Source: Bispira polyomma (lineage: Eukaryota). From it: a stretch of 64,000 nucleotides of DNA. Position 1 is the first letter of the stretch. The number at the start of each line of letters is the position of its first letter. The translations under genes and the position numbers were made by a program. Location: NCBI GenBank assembly GCA_965649765.1, contig OZ287749.1:16120001-16184000 (forward strand). The letters are read 5' to 3'. The notes beneath the pieces were generated by a model. The model was not told the origin of the DNA and made no database searches. It was given only the letters and a program-made list of their open reading frames with translations. This document shows positions 60,401 to 64,000 of the stretch, piece after piece.

Positions 60401-63400
60401 GAGTGTAGTATGTGGTAGAAAGTGCCAAATAAATGGCAAAAAAAAATAAAAAATAAATGTCCAGTTTTTGTTTATAATTTATATGTACATGTATATAAAA
60501 TTGGCAAGTTTGTTTCATGTATTCTTTCGGGGGTTTTTTAATGGTTCATGTTGCATGCACAAAACATTGTGAATAAATTGCACTTTTTACATATTTAATT
60601 TAATATTCTTTAAGTAAATTTCCAATTATACTTTTCCTAATTCACTACCTAAGCAACATGACTGGTATTATGAATGACCATGTAACAACATAGCTGTGAT
60701 ATGACCTAACCAGTATTATGTAGAAGTTTGAGTTTCCCCCAGTGACTCAGTTGTTAGAAGCATTTGCTCGACAGTCATTTGGCCCTCAAATCTGAAGAAT
60801 GTGGTTAAATAATTAAATCAAATTAGTCCTTTCATGTTTAAATGTATGTTTAAATTTATTTTGATAAATTACTACATATCCTGACTTCTAGAAAAATTAG
60901 CAGCTGATCTATTATTGTTGACATAGAGTCAGTATCTGACAAATGACAACCAGTATGTCAATCCTTTTCCCCCTCTTAAAGAATCAACAGTTTTATACAG
61001 GTAGTAATTGGTCCAGTCTGGTATATGTTTGGGGTTGTGACCTCATTAAGGGTTGTTGCTTAGGGGTCAGTTTAGGTAGTATTGCGATTTTGACAGGCAA
61101 AGTCAATAATATCATATGTTAGGAATTAGTAGGTACATTTTAATTATAGAAATTAAAATTAAAATAAAAGAAATCCCAATAAACTGTACATCTTGTATAT
61201 GTTCTATCTCCAGGTAATCCTTGCACTTGGCGACTACATGAGTGTCCAGTGTCATGCTTGTATTGGAGGTACCAACGTGGGGGAGGATATCAGGAAGCTA
61301 GACTATGGGCAGCACGTTGTGTCGGGCACACCAGGCAGAGTGTTTGGTAGGTAGCTGTTAGTACTTGGTCAGTAGATACATTTTAAAACAGAGCAAAAGA
61401 TATATAGTTCAGTAAGTTATCTTAGGATAGTCCTCAAACACATGGATTTTAAGTAAATTGTATGGAAATTACTTCACTGGGCATTTTGTTACGATTCAAA
61501 TGTAAATTAAATAGATTAAACGTACATTCAAAATTCAATGAAAAAGTTTGTTTTTTTTTTGTTTTTTTTTTAATTTTTGTTTCAATCAGTTAAAAAAATC
61601 TGTAAATTGTACATGTAAATTCTCTGGGGAAAAGTTTCAATATTTGAAATTCTTTATTTGCCAGATATGATCCGGCGGAGGAACTTAAGAACACGGGCAA
61701 TAAAGATGCTTGTGTTGGATGAAGCAGATGAAATGCTAAACAAAGGTAGGTCAATATATCAAAGGTCAGGATTTATACGTAAAGAATACGTCTATCAAAA
61801 CATCATAGAATAAAAGATTAATATAAACAATATAGCATGAAATATTATCTTCAAGTTAGGTTTATTGAAGCTATTTGAGATGGTAATTGTCATTTCCTGT
61901 AATTTTGTCACTAAGTTTACGTTTTTGTTTGAGTCTGTTTGACCAGAATATGTAGTGGGAGCGAATGTGGGCTACTTTGAATCCAAAGTCAGAGAATTTA
62001 CCAAATTTTTGACAAAATTTTTATCACTGTTGCTTCATTATAAATACTAGCAATACTAAATTTTAGCCTGCAAGCCTGCAGAATTTTGTATGTGTGTCCC
62101 CAATTTTAGCATGTGTCTCTTTAATATTCACAGAATTTTTCTTTATGTAATTAAGCGTCCCTTGAAAAGGGCGCTTATTTGGTTTCACCCCTGGTTTCCT
62201 CGCTGCTGCCGCCGCCGCCGCATGGTCTTCCTTGAATATCTCCTTCAATATTATCTGCATCAAAATTATTTTTGGCAATTCTCTTAACCAGGAGTGGGAA
62301 AAATTTTTGAGATTCTTGGCTTTGAACTTTGGCCTACTTAAATGTCAGGTGACCCTGGGGGTGTAAAAGTGCTTGTCACTAGGTTTTCTTAGAAAGTATA
62401 CATCATAGCTCAATGAAATTTGGTATGTACCTTGGTAAGGCAATTTTCAGGACGGGAGACGCTGATGAGATTAATCGGATGATAATTGACCGATTGCCAA
62501 CCGATTGATTTTTATTGAAATGCGAAAAATCGGTACTTTTTTGCTATCTCAGAAACTATTGGGATTTCGGCTTTTTCTTGGTATAAGTTATTCATCTACT
62601 TTTTGATTTTATGTATGATGTAAAAATGTCACAGTTCTAAGTCCAGTGCTGAATGAGTACTGAGTACTTCAAATGAGTAGTTTGCTCTATTTTGCTCTAT
62701 CTTACACTTTTATCAACTTTTCTTTTGAAGTACTTGTCATAGTTCAATGAAATTTCGCATGCACATTGCAAATACCAAAGCATAGATGTCCGTAAATTTT
62801 TAGATCAATCTGGTGATAATTGACTGATTGACAGGGTCGATCAATCATACAAAATGGGGAAAAAAATGTGTTGATGGGTGCTTTTTTGAGCGTGTGAAGA
62901 TTTTTTTATTTTAAATTTTAGACCAGTACATGCAGCGCGTAACTTTTAAAGAATAGCCTGAATTTTTATTTATTTTTTACCCCATCCAAAACTATGCGAT
63001 CGTTACTGAGATAAAACGATTTCAATTTCAAAAATTTTAAAAATTAAGGGTTTTTTTTAAAGCGTCCATTATCTTGGAAACGGTGCTAGATAGAGCAATT
63101 TCGAGCTCATTTTCGACCCACAGGGTTGATTTTGCTTATATGTAAACTTTTACAAAATTTTCAATTTTGGCGGCCGTCTTGAATTTCTGCATCTTTTTCG
63201 AAAATGTCAAATATCTCGGAAACGGTGCTAGATAGAGCGATTTCGAGCTCATTTTCGACTCACAGGGTTGATTTTGATAAATATGTAAACTTTTGAAAAA
63301 ATGTTCAATTATTGCGGCCATCTTGAATTTCTGCGTCTTTTTCGAAAATGTGCAATATCTCGGAAACGGTGCTAGATATAGCGATTTCGAGCTCATTTTC

Positions 63401-64000
63401 GACCCACAGGGTTGGTTTTGCTTATATGTAAACTTTCAAAAAAATTTCAATTTTGGCGGCCATCTTGAATTTCTGCGTCTTTTTTGAAAATGTCCGTTAT
63501 CTCAGAAACGGTGCTAGATAGAGCGATTTCGAGCTTATTTTCGACCCACAGGGTTGATTTTGCTTTCATGTAAACTTTAAAAGAATGTTCAATTTGGGCG
63601 GCCATCTTAAATTTCTGCGTCTTTTCGAAAATGTCCTTTATCTCGAAAACGGTGCTAGATGGAGCGATTTTAAGCTGATTTTCGACCCACAAGGCTGATT
63701 TTTCTTATATGTAAACTTTTGAAGTAATTTTTGATTTGGGCAACCATCTTCAATTTCTGCGTCTTTCTCGGAAATGGTGCTATATAGAGCCATTTCGAGC
63801 TTATATTTGACCAAAAGTGCTGATTCTGCTTATATGTCAACTTTTAAACAATATCAAAGCTTGTACACTAAACAATTTCATTATTATTTTAACTTTAGGG
63901 ACGCTTTGTTTTTGTTATCAAAAACCGTTTTCTAGTTATTTGTTGAGTTATTCCCTCGGTTTTCACAGGCTTCAAAGAACAGATCTACGATGTGTACAGA
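57336..64000 (+). CDS. EIF4A3: Eukaryotic initiation factor 4A-III (exon junction complex DEAD-box helicase), 5' part; continues beyond the window
   Basis: join(57336..57474,58740..58812,59805..59934,61214..61346,61665..61745,63969..>64000); [84 protein letters not shown]. Confidence 0.96.
58740..58812 (+). CDS. EIF4A3: eIF4A3 exon 2
   Basis: [24 protein letters not shown]; 73 nt. Confidence 0.95.
59805..59934 (+). CDS. EIF4A3: eIF4A3 exon 3
   Basis: [27 protein letters not shown]; 130 nt. Confidence 0.95.
61214..61346 (+). CDS. EIF4A3: eIF4A3 exon 4
   Basis: [44 protein letters not shown]; 133 nt. Confidence 0.95.
61665..61745 (+). CDS. EIF4A3: eIF4A3 exon 5 (DEAD box)
   Basis: [27 protein letters not shown]; 81 nt. 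Confidence 0.95.
62145..63912 (-). mobile_element. Apparently complete Helentron/HINE-like non-autonomous element in eIF4A3 intron 5
   Basis: Sub-terminal inverted repeat AAGCGTCCC (62153-62161) / GGGACGCTT (63898-63906); hairpin 62153-62176; (GCC)n ~62205-62220; ~142-bp array x5.5 (63070-63845). Confidence 0.75.
63969..64000 (+). CDS. EIF4A3: eIF4A3 exon 6 (partial, runs off the window)
   Basis: TTTCACAG| then [11 protein letters not shown]. Confidence 0.93.

Noticed and set aside
57475-63968. Intronic snoRNAs in eIF4A3 (eIF4A1/2 genes host them in vertebrates)
   Set aside because: No convincing C/D box pair with terminal stem or H/ACA structure found by eye; needs an Infernal/Rfam scan.

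Overview
AT-rich, intron-rich animal genomic DNA; the repeat landscape (L2/CR1-group and Tx1/L1 LINEs, Gypsy, tRNA-derived SINEs, Helentron-type elements with internal tandem arrays) suggests a marine invertebrate such as a mollusc, but this is inference. From left to right: (i) 1-12.7 kb is a nested transposon cluster. A decayed Gypsy LTR retrotransposon carries an extra ORF with two C2H2 zinc fingers after pol and is interrupted by several LINEs. (ii) 12.9-23.8 kb is a rearranged tandem duplication with two 2-exon, minus-strand GT47 (exostosin-domain) glycosyltransferase genes. Their motifs resemble plant MUR3/KATAMARI1 more than animal EXT; one copy is intact and one carries a nonsense codon. 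(iii) 31.5-50.3 kb holds a complete 12-exon AP-4 mu subunit gene (AP4M1, minus strand, 442 aa, assembled by hand). Its first coding intron looks U12-type, and its last 26 codons plus stop have been amplified into a 7-copy ~87-bp tandem array. (iv) From 57.3 kb to the end lies the 5' part of a divergently oriented eIF4A3 gene. Gene models were built manually from splice signals, reading-frame phase and recalled protein family sequences; no database searches were run.
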